From a virus (lineage: Duplodnaviria > Caudoviricetes), in the IMG/VR virus record IMGVR_UViG_3300042934_001184, positions 1 through 24,676 of that record: a stretch of 24,676 nucleotides of DNA; one strand, 5' to 3'. The position numbers were made by a program, and so were the translations under genes. The notes beneath the pieces are model-generated. The model saw nothing but the letters and a program-made list of their open reading frames with translations. It did no database searches and was not told where the DNA came from. Every line of letters starts with the position of its first letter. Position 1 is the stretch's first letter. Below are positions 8,608-16,632 of this stretch, one piece after another.

Positions 8608-10497
8608 TCACTTAATATCATAGTAAATACTGAAATTTCTCACGCCGAAATTTCGAGCGGCCCCGTTTATTCCGGCGCCGCTATTATAATAAGAACTTAC
8701 AAAGAAATAGATAGGAATTCCAACCTGTACGCTGATGGTTGTCCCAATTCCTGTATAGGCGTCATTATCAGAGCCTATTGTGAAAATTCTGGAAGTAAGC
8801 CCTAAATTAGGCTGGGTATTCACAAAAGTCCCTACCGGAGTTCTATAGTCAATTTGACAAACTCCCGCCTGAGTAGTGCGATAGACATTGTTTCCCATAT
8901 AACTCTCCTGCATGGCCGGAAGATATGCCATTATGTTTGTAGGATAGTAAGTATAGTTTTCACTATCAGAATCATAGTATCTATACCCTCTTGCCTCAGC
9001 AGTTATTACAATTTCTCCAGTAAAGCGAGGAACGAACTTATGGATTAGCACTCCAAAGCTAGAGTATCCGTTTTGATTGCTAATTCCCGTTGTATATTCG
9101 GTTAAATTCTGTTCCCGAACATTGTTACTTGCTACATACGTGCCACCACCCACCGACCTCCACTCCTCCCAAGAGTTTTCACTACCTGCTCGAATATATT
9201 CTCTTCCTGTAGATAATCCATAGGCTTTTTGAATATCCTTTCCTCCAGAATTATCAACCCAGGGACGATAAGTAATAAGCTGACAAAAATTTTCCTCAGG
9301 CAAACCAATTATGTTGCCGCTCTTAAATTCATGATATACATTTTGACCGCTATATTGACTTGGAGCTAAGTTGGTTAGCCTTGTGTCAGAAATTGAAACT
9401 TTATGTGAAAAGTCAGCAAACAATCCACTACCTGGCCCATCATTACCAGAGTGCCAAATGTATGACCACTGATCATTAGTCAAATGTGTTAGATGTCCCA
9501 TTCCATTAACTGATAATGCAGCATATTTCTTAGTGCCAGAATTATCTAAATAATAGAAACCAGCGCCATGACTAGCACTTCCTGGTGAACCTCCATTAAC
9601 GTCTATAACGTAACCATTACCAAGTGTTAACATCCCATTCATCGACTGACTGCCATCCTTTGGCAAGGCTCCATCCGCCTTCGCCTGCGCCGCAGCAGCA
9701 GCCGTCACCCCAGCACTCCCCCGATCATAAGCATCCTTCACCGCTTTAACTGTAGCCGCCAACACCTCAGATGTGCTGTTGATAGCACTCGAGAGTTGTA
9801 CCTTCCCCTTAACAGTCAAGCTGGCGTCCGGAATGGTCGCGCCCGACACCGCCGTGTCCACATACCCCTTATTGGCGATGTCAGCGGCCACAGACGGAGC
9901 TACAACCTGCGCACGGCCTGCTGCATCCCGGGTCATCAGGGTGCTGACGGTTGGGGCTGCTGTTGCCCCATGTGCAGTTCCACCCAATGCTGCATGGGTG
10001 TTCAGGTTAGTCTGTACCGCATCCACCGTGTCCTTCCGGGCAATATCCGCCGCCGCAGACGGTGCAGCCACCTGCGCACGGCCACTGGCATCCCGCTTCA
10101 TCAATGTGCTTACTGTACCCGCATTGGTTGCCGCATCCAAAACCGTTTTAATGGCGGCGATGGTCATTCCCGGTAAGGTCCGCCAGGTGGCTCCGCCCGT
10201 GATGGCCTTGATCATGTTGGCCAGCCACCCGAACAGGGTGGTGGGTGTGCCACTGTCACCTGTAGGGGCGGTGGTGTCACTCACGGTCCGACCACCAATC
10301 ACCGTATCCGTTGCAGCACCTGCCGCCAGGCCGTTACTCCCGATCTTGGGACCATCTCCTGCTACCCCAGTGTGGCCATGGCCGGAGGATGCCCCGAATT
10401 TTCCGTCCAGCACATCACTGTTGCTGTTCAGATCCTCAATGTTGACAACATCCTCAGCACCTGGCTTTTTCAAGCCTAAATTATTGGTTGTCTGCAC
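8608..10497 (-). CDS. Tail fibre / receptor-binding protein A (~629 aa)
   Basis: GTG start at 10497, just after the xkdU stop, with a GGAGG RBS. Same phage fibre repeat as fibre B; AT-rich unique C-terminal half. Confidence 0.87.
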   Translation of the reverse strand: MQTTNNLGLKKPGAEDVVNIEDLNSNSDVLDGKFGASSGHGHTGVAGDGPKIGSNGLAAGAATDTVIGGRTVSDTTAPTGDSGTPTTLFGWLANMIKAITGGATWRTLPGMTIAAIKTVLDAATNAGTVSTLMKRDASGRAQVAAPSAAADIARKDTVDAVQTNLNTHAALGGTAHGATAAPTVSTLMTRDAAGRAQVVAPSVAADIANKGYVDTAVSGATIPDASLTVKGKVQLSSAINSTSEVLAATVKAVKDAYDRGSAGVTAAAAAQAKADGALPKDGSQSMNGMLTLGNGYVIDVNGGSPGSASHGAGFYYLDNSGTKKYAALSVNGMGHLTHLTNDQWSYIWHSGNDGPGSGLFADFSHKVSISDTRLTNLAPSQYSGQNVYHEFKSGNIIGLPEENFCQLITYRPWVDNSGGKDIQKAYGLSTGREYIRAGSENSWEEWRSVGGGTYVASNNVREQNLTEYTTGISNQNGYSSFGVLIHKFVPRFTGEIVITAEARGYRYYDSDSENYTYYPTNIMAYLPAMQESYMGNNVYRTTQAGVCQIDYRTPVGTFVNTQPNLGLTSRIFTIGSDNDAYTGIGTTISVQVGIPIYFFVSSYYNSGAGINGAARNFGVRNFSIYYDIK

Positions 10498-10517
10498 GTA
10501 TTTCACTCTCCTCCATA
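9686..10517. repeat. Direct repeat 1, copy A; partner at 6996-7827
   Basis: For example, caagcctaaatta..ggttgtctgcacgtatttcactctc occurs at both 7781-7820 and 10471-10510. Confidence 0.95.
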
Positions 10518-11129
10518 AGTCTTCAGCTGATTCCAGGTCATGGACTTGGCCATATCCCAGGTCAGCCTGTAATTCTTCAATGTTTCCCAAATGACATAAC
10601 GGTACTCGAAGGTATACGACACATGAGCCGGCTTAATCTGGTTCAGCAGCTTCATAAACTCCGCCAAATTCGGCGGAATGCCCAAAAAGCCGATGAACCG
10701 GATGACAAACCGGTACTCGGCCGGAAACTCCAGCACCTCCACTTCGCCGCCGGAGAAGGCGGTCGCCGTATCCATAAGCATCTGCTTAGTGACCGTCCCG
10801 GTCCCCCGGAGCTTGGCTAAAATTTGCTTGCGCCGCCGTTCCGCCGGTTTACTCGGGTCCACATTCAGGGCCAGCTCCCGTTCCCAACGATCCAGCCCCC
10901 ATGTGGCGGAGCTGACAAAATATTGGTCCAGCACATCATTGAGTCCATAACGCAACGCTCCAATTTCTCCAGCCGCCGCCCCTTGCAATATTGCCATGGT
11001 CCCGCCTGGCACCCGATAGTATTCCGGCAAATACCGGAGGAGATCAGGAACATAAGGCTCGGTCCCTCCCTGATCCTCAGCGTCCAGACTATAACCCAAC
11101 ACCCCGTATTGCGAGCTTCCGTATGCCAT
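10503..11129 (-). CDS. xkdU: Baseplate wedge protein XkdU/YmfQ-like (DUF2313)
   Basis: YLPEYY, QYFVSSATWGLDRWEREL, RRKQILAKLRGTGT and IKPAH motifs; directly precedes the main fibre. Confidence 0.88.
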   Translation of the reverse strand: MAYGSSQYGVLGYSLDAEDQGGTEPYVPDLLRYLPEYYRVPGGTMAILQGAAAGEIGALRYGLNDVLDQYFVSSATWGLDRWERELALNVDPSKPAERRRKQILAKLRGTGTVTKQMLMDTATAFSGGEVEVLEFPAEYRFVIRFIGFLGIPPNLAEFMKLLNQIKPAHVSYTFEYRYVIWETLKNYRLTWDMAKSMTWNQLKTYGGE

Positions 11130-11737
11130 TACGCATCACCCCGCAGTTGGCCCCAGGTAAGCGGACCCTTAGGCATAACGGCAGTGGTATCGGCAATCTG
11201 TTTCCACGGCAGCCAGGCATCCGAATTGTAAAGGGCATACCGGTACCGTATAGGACCGTCTTGATTATACGGATACAGATATTGCACCGCCGCCATATTC
11301 GAGTAGCCCTTAACCGTCATAATAGTGCCGTATTGAACACCGTCAAAACGGTTTGTGGGACTGTTGCTAAAAAATACCGTCAGTCCCCGGTCATACGTTG
11401 ACGGCAGTGCGTCTGCCTGCTTCCAATTATCGCTTTTCACACTCAAAGCATCATGAGTATGCGCCGATGGAGCAAACGTCCCCGGCTTCCCCGTCACCCC
11501 TGCCCACGGGACCGCATCCGCTGTCTCCGCAGCGTCCACCTTGCCGTTGTTGTTGGTGTCGTAGACGCCCTTTAGCATGTCTCCCGTGCTCTGGGCTGCG
11601 ACAAGCAGCACATTGCCGGTGGCGGTGCCGATATAGAGCTTGCTGGTATCCGTACAATACCCCAGCTCCCCTGCCGCCAACGCGCCAATGGAGGATTCCG
11701 CACCGCGCCGGACTTGAATTAATACTTTTCTGGCCAT
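11129..11737 (-). CDS. Short fibre-like protein with an Mtd/hyaluronidase-type N-terminal domain
   Basis: IQVRRG...LAAGELGYCTDTSKLYIG N-terminus; GDMLKGVYDTNNNGKVD, VPWAGVTGKP.TFAPSAHTH fibre motif; C-terminal IRYR...WLPWKQI knob-like segment. Confidence 0.7.
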   Translation of the reverse strand: MARKVLIQVRRGAESSIGALAAGELGYCTDTSKLYIGTATGNVLLVAAQSTGDMLKGVYDTNNNGKVDAAETADAVPWAGVTGKPGTFAPSAHTHDALSVKSDNWKQADALPSTYDRGLTVFFSNSPTNRFDGVQYGTIMTVKGYSNMAAVQYLYPYNQDGPIRYRYALYNSDAWLPWKQIADTTAVMPKGPLTWGQLRGDA

Positions 11738-11751
11738 GCCGCCTCCCCCTC

Positions 11752-12777
11752 CTAGAAAGTCCCTCCGTCAATGACGGCGACCATCAGCCGGTTTCCATTG
11801 GCCGTGTCATAAACGATGCTGTCCGCATCAATGCTTGCCTCAATGCCGGTGGCATTCACCACAATGCCCTTGCCGGGCCTTGCCGAAACCGTATCCGCCG
11901 CCACATCAATCCCATTACCGGCTCCCACATGAAGCGCCACTGTATCCGCCTGACCGCCGCCGGTCAGACCATTCCCTGCGGTCACAGTTTGAAGCGCGCC
12001 GCCGCTGCGGACCCAGGCAGTGCCGTTCCAGGTGTACTGCTTGGCCTCATCGTCCACAATGGCGGTCATCCCAACGGTAGGCACCACAAAAAGCCAAGCC
12101 GATCCCGACCATTCCGCAATTTGTCCGGCTTTGCCCGCCCAAGCTCCCGTTGGGGAAGCCGCCACAATATACCGATCCCCAGCTGCCGGTGTGGCAGGAG
12201 GGGCCGCCAGATTCTGATCCTTGACGCTATCCTGGTACTCCTGCCCCGCACGGGCCAGATCCAGTTCATTCTTAATCTTCTGGGCACTCCACAATTCCGT
12301 ATTGCCTACACCAGTGTCGTTAATGACGCGGTGCTTGGTGGCATCATCAATATGGGTCTTAATTTCCGCAGCTGTTTTAGTATTGGTACCGTCAGACACC
12401 TTGTTGACATGCCCGCCGGTGAGATCCGCCTTCAACACTTTTGCATACGTGCTGCCGTCCGCCACATTGTCCAGGGTACCCGTCAAATCGCTCAACCCAA
12501 TGGCATTCATCCTGGCCCACTGGGTGCCGTCATCCAGATACAGGTACCCATTATTGGTACCTCCACCCGTAACATAATAATACCGGCCTGCCACTGCTGC
12601 ACTGGGCCGGGAAGCGTAAGGTCCCATCATGACCCGGCCGACAAACAAATTCGCCGTGCCGTCCCCGATATACACTTCCTTGGTATCCGTGCAAAATCCC
12701 ATTTCCCCGGCCAAAAGAGCGCCCCTGGCTACCAGTTCCGCCTTGGTGCCCCGCCGGACCTTAATCGTCTGAGCCAT
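11752..12777 (-). CDS. Fibre-like protein with an Mtd-type N-terminus and a DUF2793-like domain
   Basis: IKVRRG...LLAGEMGFCTDTKEVYIGDG; PPATPAAGDRYIVAASPTGAWAGKAGQIAEW...W.F..P..G (DUF2793 signature); AGNGL repeats; ends IDGGTF. Confidence 0.75.
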   Translation of the reverse strand: MAQTIKVRRGTKAELVARGALLAGEMGFCTDTKEVYIGDGTANLFVGRVMMGPYASRPSAAVAGRYYYVTGGGTNNGYLYLDDGTQWARMNAIGLSDLTGTLDNVADGSTYAKVLKADLTGGHVNKVSDGTNTKTAAEIKTHIDDATKHRVINDTGVGNTELWSAQKIKNELDLARAGQEYQDSVKDQNLAAPPATPAAGDRYIVAASPTGAWAGKAGQIAEWSGSAWLFVVPTVGMTAIVDDEAKQYTWNGTAWVRSGGALQTVTAGNGLTGGGQADTVALHVGAGNGIDVAADTVSARPGKGIVVNATGIEASIDADSIVYDTANGNRLMVAVIDGGTF

Positions 12778-12780
12778 TCA

Positions 12781-13194
12781 TCATTCCCCCTCATAAAATG
12801 ATCCGCCGTCCACAAGCCCATCGTCTTTATACCGTTCAAGCTCTGTCTGGGTAGCTGTCAAGGCCTCCTGCAGCGCATTGACATCATCGGCCTCCACCTG
12901 GTCCCCCGGTGTTTCGTAGCTCACAAATACTGCAGGAGCCTCTGCAAAAATACGGATGCGTCTTTGCCAGAGCATCTCCGCAGGAGTGGACAGCGTCCAT
13001 GCTGTGATTTCCTGCCCGGTAAGTTTAGGGCCCGTAAACACCTTTACCGTGCTGTTAATTGCATTATCATGGGCCAGCAAGCCTTCATATGCGCCATCCG
13101 CCAGCTGAACCCGCTCATCGATGACGTATACGCCGCCATCCTGTTTTTTATTGAGCTTGGCCACAAAAACATCCTTCTGTTCGGGATACGCCAT
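12781..13194 (-). CDS. Baseplate/fibre-associated protein of unknown function
   Basis: Start reassigned to ATG 13194 (MAYPEQK...), 1 nt after the xkdT stop. Contains YETPGDQVEADDVNALQ; ends VDGGSF, like its neighbour's IDGGTF. Confidence 0.65.
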   Translation of the reverse strand: MAYPEQKDVFVAKLNKKQDGGVYVIDERVQLADGAYEGLLAHDNAINSTVKVFTGPKLTGQEITAWTLSTPAEMLWQRRIRIFAEAPAVFVSYETPGDQVEADDVNALQEALTATQTELERYKDDGLVDGGSFYEGE

Positions 13195-13195
13195 G

Positions 13196-14239
13196 CTACA
13201 CCCCCAGCTCCACAATGCCTGCCACAGGCACCTGGTTATCTGCCAGCACCACATTGGCCGTGCTGCCGTTTACGGTCAGCGCCGTGTAATCCAGCACACC
13301 ATCGGTGCCCAAAAGCAGCGTACCAATCTTGGCAAAGCTCACATAGGACGCGGCAAACGCAACTCCCCGCAGATATTCCGCCAGCGCAGCGTGGAAGGCA
13401 TCCTGCACCGCCTGGAGGGTGTAGCCAATGGCCGGAACAATGGTGGCCTTTACGTCTACGCTTAACCCTGCGGCTGAAACCACCGTTACCGCCACACAAA
13501 CCGGGCGGACCGTTTCGATGTAGGCTGCCACCGCTTCCACCAGCGCAGGTGAAGCCGGCTCCCGGTCTGTATCCACAATACTGACCTTCACAGTGCCCGG
13601 TCCGTTCCACTGCTCCGTTACCTTGGCCGCGCCCACTCCCGTAACGGAGGTGGCCCATTGAATATAATGGGAGGCGTTGCCGCTGGTGGCAGGCTGCCGG
13701 ACCTTTTGCAGAATACGCTCCCGCAGCTGTTCATCCTTCTCCTGGTCCTCACCGGCCAGCAGCACCTCCGTCAGATCAGCGCTGGCCAAGCCGGCTACGT
13801 AAGTAATAGGCAAAAGCTTCCCCAGAGCACGGTTTCCCGTCTCCCCGGCTGTCTCGCATTCCAGAATAAACTGCCCTGCTGAAAGCCGGGCCGTTACCAC
13901 AAAGGTCAACGAATCGCAGGAATATCTGCTGGAAATGGGTACATCAAAGGCTTGCCCCGCAGTATTCCAGAACATTCCCTTGCGCAACGCCTTGGAGGCT
14001 TGCTTCCGCTCCACTCCCACCTCGGAGGTGCGCCGATCCAGGTACACACCGCTGGACGTATCTCCGAAGCCCAGCCGCAGGGCCGCATCCAGAGAAATAT
14101 AAGCCTGGGCAAGCTCCGCTGCTGCTGGAGCCAGTGCGTCATGAATGATGCTTCCCTCCCGCTTATCCTCAGTATCCGGCACCTGGGCCAGCATCCGGGC
14201 TAGAATCACCGAATAAGTCTGTTGCTCATACAACTGCAT
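13196..14239 (-). CDS. xkdT: Baseplate J-like protein XkdT
   Basis: DKREGSIIHDALAPAA.ELA, CETAG..GN, SGNASHYIQWA..V.GVG.AKV...WNGPGTVKV. The start may be TTG 14233 (better RBS spacing). Confidence 0.92.
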   Translation of the reverse strand: MQLYEQQTYSVILARMLAQVPDTEDKREGSIIHDALAPAAAELAQAYISLDAALRLGFGDTSSGVYLDRRTSEVGVERKQASKALRKGMFWNTAGQAFDVPISSRYSCDSLTFVVTARLSAGQFILECETAGETGNRALGKLLPITYVAGLASADLTEVLLAGEDQEKDEQLRERILQKVRQPATSGNASHYIQWATSVTGVGAAKVTEQWNGPGTVKVSIVDTDREPASPALVEAVAAYIETVRPVCVAVTVVSAAGLSVDVKATIVPAIGYTLQAVQDAFHAALAEYLRGVAFAASYVSFAKIGTLLLGTDGVLDYTALTVNGSTANVVLADNQVPVAGIVELGV

Positions 14240-14630
14240 TCACCTCCTGGTCGAAGGTACCGGCGGATGTTTCCACCGTAAACCGGACCGTCATTGTATC
14301 TCCCGCATATTGAAATTGGAAATCCCGGACATTCCCTATCCGTGAATCCTGCAGCAGCGCCTCGGCAATCCGCCTGCGCAGCTCCGACTGGGCATACGCG
14401 GGGCTTTGACCCATCAGGCTCCACAGCTCCACGCCATAATCGAAGCTGTAGGCCATATACGCATAGCGCTCCGTCAGCAATATTTTGTAAACCGCTTGCT
14501 TCACAGCCTCTAAACCGTCTATTTTCCCGGCAATGCGCCCGGTGTCCGCATCCAGCCGCCAGGTTCTGGAGGGCTGCTCTGCCGTTCTGCCGGACAAGGC
14601 TGCACTCAGCTGTCCTCCGGTCGGAATCAT
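14226..14630 (-). CDS. xkdS: XkdS/DUF2634 sheath-initiator (gp25-like) protein
   Basis: IDGLEAVKQAVYKILLTERY...YSFDYGVEL...ELRRRIAEALLQDSRI; synteny. Confidence 0.88.
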   Translation of the reverse strand: MIPTGGQLSAALSGRTAEQPSRTWRLDADTGRIAGKIDGLEAVKQAVYKILLTERYAYMAYSFDYGVELWSLMGQSPAYAQSELRRRIAEALLQDSRIGNVRDFQFQYAGDTMTVRFTVETSAGTFDQEVNAVV

Positions 14631-14950
14631 AGCACCGCCACCTTATCCAGAATGAGAAACTGCTGCCCGCCCTGCACCCTGAGGAGGATAACCTTATCCC
14701 CTGCTTGAAGCCCGGGACGGATCACCACCGGATCGGTCAATGCTGCCCCGGAAGAGCCGTGGGTATGGCTCAGATCCAGTTCCAGCCTGGCCAACGATTC
14801 CGGCAGAATTAAAAAATCCGCATCCAGGGTAAAACGCTGGTCCACGTTTACCTGCAGCGGATTTCCGGATACAACCTCTCCAAACATAACAGCCGCGGGT
14901 TTGCCGGCTTCCATTCCGGTCAGCGCTGCCTGCCTTATGGCATTCAACAT
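14627..14950 (-). CDS. xkdR: XkdR/DUF2577 tail spike-like protein
   Basis: FGEVVS.NPLQVNVDQ...L..GDKVILLRVQGGQQFLILDK; synteny. Confidence 0.85.
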   Translation of the reverse strand: MLNAIRQAALTGMEAGKPAAVMFGEVVSGNPLQVNVDQRFTLDADFLILPESLARLELDLSHTHGSSGAALTDPVVIRPGLQAGDKVILLRVQGGQQFLILDKVAVL

Positions 14951-14965
14951 CTTGCCTCACCTGCC

Positions 14966-15934
14966 TTAAATGACTTTTAACGTTAACGACATGGTATGGT
15001 CATCGCCCTCAAAGCTGTGCTTCGCCTCATCCACCAGCATAGGCAGATTCAGGCCAAGGGCATCAATTACCACAGGAACGTACACACCTGCGCGGACCCG
15101 GATATCCCCAATGGCATCCACCTTCAGGGATTTGCTCTCCCGGTTTTTCAGTTGGGCCAGCTGATCCAGCATGTCCTGGATCTGGGCTTCGTTCTTCTTT
15201 TCGTCCACACTTTGGTACAGCTGGAGCACGCCCCACTTGGCAATATTGGCGCTGTCCTCCACCATATGGACCTCCCGCCTGCCGGTGTCCTTATTATCCT
15301 TGTACAGCTTGATCCGGTTATAGGTATCCGAATCAATATCCGTGGAATAATCGTAGCCGGTCATCAGGCTGCCGTCGCCGATATAGAAATCCATCTTGAG
15401 ATTATCCACCAGCCGTAAGGACAGCCCGCCATAATCATCAAAAAACACATAATGCCGCTGTGTGGAGACCAGGGTCAGGGTAATGGCTTTTTCAATAATA
15501 TCCAAGAGAGTCTGCCCATCCTCCACCATGGATTCAATCTTAAATTCCGAATCATCCAATGACCCTGTCTTCAGTTGAAAATCTGCGGCCAGCTGGGAGA
15601 TGATCTGCGTAGCCGTTTGCCCCTTGAAGATATAGTAGGCTTTGGACAACAGGTAACGAACCTGGTCATATGCCTTCACGGATACCTCCCCGTCCGGGTT
15701 ATGCCCAACCGAGAATACATAGCCGTAAAAAATGCCTACCCCGTCCTTATGGACCCGGACAATATCCCCGTTGCGGATGGCGAAGCTGTCGGATTGGTAG
15801 AATCCATTGCGCAGCAGGGAAAAATCTATGCTGGCCGCACGCCCCGTCCGTGTGGTGGACCAGGATAAGCCGGAGACAATCTGCGAAAGATCCCACATGT
15901 TTCCGTCCTTGTTATCCAGTTGGATGGTAATCAT
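14966..15934 (-). CDS. xkdQ: XkdQ/YqbQ baseplate hub protein
   Basis: IFYGYVF, AYDQVRYL, DIDSDTYNRIKL, NIAKWGVLQ and GDIRVRAG motifs; synteny. Confidence 0.88.
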   Translation of the reverse strand: MITIQLDNKDGNMWDLSQIVSGLSWSTTRTGRAASIDFSLLRNGFYQSDSFAIRNGDIVRVHKDGVGIFYGYVFSVGHNPDGEVSVKAYDQVRYLLSKAYYIFKGQTATQIISQLAADFQLKTGSLDDSEFKIESMVEDGQTLLDIIEKAITLTLVSTQRHYVFFDDYGGLSLRLVDNLKMDFYIGDGSLMTGYDYSTDIDSDTYNRIKLYKDNKDTGRREVHMVEDSANIAKWGVLQLYQSVDEKKNEAQIQDMLDQLAQLKNRESKSLKVDAIGDIRVRAGVYVPVVIDALGLNLPMLVDEAKHSFEGDDHTMSLTLKVI

Positions 15935-16632
15935 GTGGCGGCCCCCTTCACCTTCTTCAACAAAAATTCATTGGGCAGCTGCAGAATTTTACCGGGCAAA
16001 AGATTTTCGGCTTCGGCATCACTTAGTTTATTGAGTTCTTTGATACTCACCTGGTAGTCCGGAGTGCCGTAAATCTGCTGGCTGATGGTAGACAGTGTCT
16101 CCTTCTCCTCCTTCACCACATAGAAGGGCTGGAAGCCCCGGTAGTCTGCCCGGAGCGGTTCACTCTGCTGCACCTCGCCATCCTTCACAAAGGTCCTCCG
16201 GGCTGCATAAAACCGGTACTCCTTCAGCTTTAAGCTAATCTGGATATCCCCGTTCTCCCCTGCGGTTTCGGACCAATCGAGGCTTTCAATGGAGGCAGGC
16301 GTATTGATCTGCAGACTGGGACCGGTGTAAACGAATCGGATGGGGTGCCGGGTCTGCCGCCATTTCTCAATAAGCTCCACATAATATCTTGGCTCATAAT
16401 AATAACGGGCGGTAATAAAAGGATATTGATTCTGAGTGGCCGGTAAAATGGTTTCAAAGGAATACTCCGCCAATCCCGGAGACTTGATGACATTAATCTG
16501 GCCAAGGCCATACACCTCATAACCGGAGCCTTCCCCTTGATTGCTGACCTCAATTTTGCCGGGCAGAATGGGAAATTCGAATACATCCTCCTGATTATTA
16601 AACGACAGCCACAACCCGTAAGAAAAACTCAT
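15931..16632 (-). CDS. xkdP: XkdP-like tube initiator with a degenerate C-terminal LysM domain
   Basis: FPILPGKI, GDIQISLKLKEYRFY; LysM-like YVVKEEKETLSTISQQIYG...ELNKL...LLPGKILQLP. Confidence 0.85.
   Translation of the reverse strand: MSFSYGLWLSFNNQEDVFEFPILPGKIEVSNQGEGSGYEVYGLGQINVIKSPGLAEYSFETILPATQNQYPFITARYYYEPRYYVELIEKWRQTRHPIRFVYTGPSLQINTPASIESLDWSETAGENGDIQISLKLKEYRFYAARRTFVKDGEVQQSEPLRADYRGFQPFYVVKEEKETLSTISQQIYGTPDYQVSIKELNKLSDAEAENLLPGKILQLPNEFLLKKVKGAAT

Noticed and set aside
10498-10590. Longer starts given for the fibre ORFs (10590 and 7852)
   Set aside because: They overlap xkdU or its decayed copy; RBS position and the onset of protein-level conservation favour GTG at 10497 and 7807.
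6086-12777. Diversity-generating retroelement or invertase shufflon, suggested by Mtd-like domains and repeats
   Set aside because: No reverse transcriptase or recombinase in the window; the repeats are direct, cover fibre N-termini, and their differences are not adenine-specific.
11398-12801. 467-aa plus-strand ORF, and similar antisense ORFs at 7056-7685, 9773-10594, 4366-5067 and 2654-3457
   Set aside because: Each lies opposite a well-supported gene; typical GC-rich shadow frames.
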